Assembly (NCBI GenBank): GCA_964442285.1
Contig: CAYTZH010000001.1
Location: 224,118 to 288,117 of the forward strand
Origin: an uncultured Spirochaetales bacterium
Lineage (GTDB): Bacteria; Myxococcota_A; UBA9160; JAFDET01
DNA length: 64,000 nucleotides
Direction: 5' to 3'
In this document: piece after piece, positions 63,342 through 64,000 of the stretch
Position numbering within the stretch: the stretch's first letter is position 1
How the letters are laid out: each line of letters opens with the position of its first letter
Notes under the pieces: model-generated
Databases searched by the model: none
What the model saw: the letters and a program-made list of their open reading frames with translations, nothing else
Told to the model about the DNA's origin: nothing
Made by a program: the position numbers and the translations under genes

Positions 63342-64000
63342 TTGGACTTCGAGCTGCCCGAAGCGGTGCAGGCTTTCGCCCGTGAGGTGGAGGCCTTCCT
63401 GGACGAGCACGCGACCCCGGACGTGGCGGACGTGTGTCGGGAGAACATGGCCCAGATCGTCGACACCCCGGAGCGTCGCGCCTTCGTGCGCAAGCTCTCC
63501 GATCGGGGCTGGCTCGGCATGACCTGGCCCGTGGAGTACGGCGGCCAGCAGCGCGAGGGCATCTACGAGTACGTGCTGAACGAGGCCCTGGCCCGGCGCG
63601 GCTGCCCGCAGATCGGCAAGGGCGTGGGCATCATCGGCAAGACGCTGATCCGCCACGGCAGCGAGAAGCTGAAGCAGGAGTTCCTGCCCCAGATCGTCCG
63701 GGGCGAGATCGAGTTCGCCGTGGGCTACAGCGAGCCCAACGCCGGCTCCGACGCCGCCAACATGCAGCTCAAGGCGGAGAAGGTCGAGGGTGGCTGGGTG
63801 CTGAACGGCCAGAAGACGTGGACCACCTCCGCCCACTTCGCGGACTGGTACTGGGTGGGCGCCCGCACCGATCCGGATGCGTCCAAGCACGACGGCATCA
63901 GCCTCTTCCTGATCCCGATGGACCACGGCGGCCTCGAGGTGCGGGGGCTCCCGACCATCGGCGACGAGCTCACCAACGAGGTCTTCTTCAACGACGTCTT
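63342..64000 (+). CDS. acyl-CoA dehydrogenase (3' end beyond the window)
   Basis: The reading frame is open to the window edge and is therefore absent from the ORF track. The TTG start has GAGGAGGA 5 nt upstream. My translation reads LDFELPEAVQAFAREVEAFL..., WPVEYGGQQ, GYSEPNAGSDAANM and GQKTWTTSAHFADW. Confidence 0.85.
   Translation, partial: MDFELPEAVQAFAREVEAFLDEHATPDVADVCRENMAQIVDTPERRAFVRKLSDRGWLGMTWPVEYGGQQREGIYEYVLNEALARRGCPQIGKGVGIIGKTLIRHGSEKLKQEFLPQIVRGEIEFAVGYSEPNAGSDAANMQLKAEKVEGGWVLNGQKTWTTSAHFADWYWVGARTDPDASKHDGISLFLIPMDHGGLEVRGLPTIGDELTNEVFFNDV

Overview
This is a 64 kb, very GC-rich window (roughly 70% by eye, not computed). It is gene-dense and I can support about 60 protein-coding genes. 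All calls come from reading the six-frame translations, motifs, third-codon-position GC (GC3) and start/stop context by eye; no database search was run. I saw no rRNA, tRNA, CRISPR array, transposase, integrase or phage genes. Many very long ORFs lie antisense to real genes and are high-GC artefacts. The dominant theme is CoA-thioester and lipid catabolism: 7 acyl-CoA dehydrogenases (ACADs), including two adjacent long/short pairs; 3 enoyl-CoA hydratases; 2 acyl-CoA synthetases; a family III CoA-transferase; an SCP2-type thiolase with a DUF35 partner; a 1164-aa indolepyruvate:ferredoxin oxidoreductase (IOR) family protein; 3 luciferase-like (F420-type) oxidoreductases; SDRs; and a di-iron oxygenase. 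Housekeeping genes include metH, apaG, a BolA/monothiol-glutaredoxin module, an amidase, a SMUG1-type uracil-DNA glycosylase and a betaine-type ABC transporter. An envelope island at about 35-48 kb holds a PEP-CTERM protein behind a sigma-54-type promoter, a 942-aa beta-propeller/heme-motif lipoprotein, a GMC oxidoreductase with a Tat small subunit, two GT-C-like membrane proteins, and an ECF sigma/anti-sigma/Spy-like trio. PEP-CTERM, lipoboxes and sigma-54 point to a Gram-negative host, possibly Myxococcota-like; that is a guess. I did not find one clear-cut novel system. The most interesting items are: (1) a perfect KstR-type operator and several other perfect palindromes in divergent promoters of the lipid genes; (2) a zinc-ribbon plus histone-fold (DUF1931-like) fusion protein; (3) a Grx(CGFS)/Cys-less IscA-like/rhodanese fusion next to BolA; (4) a GMC oxidoreductase whose FAD-binding motif lies upstream of any canonical start codon; (5) a tightly coupled 8-gene operon (zinc-ribbon, NTF2 x2, acyl-CoA synthetase x2, CoA-transferase, isochorismatase-like, NUDIX) with unknown substrate.
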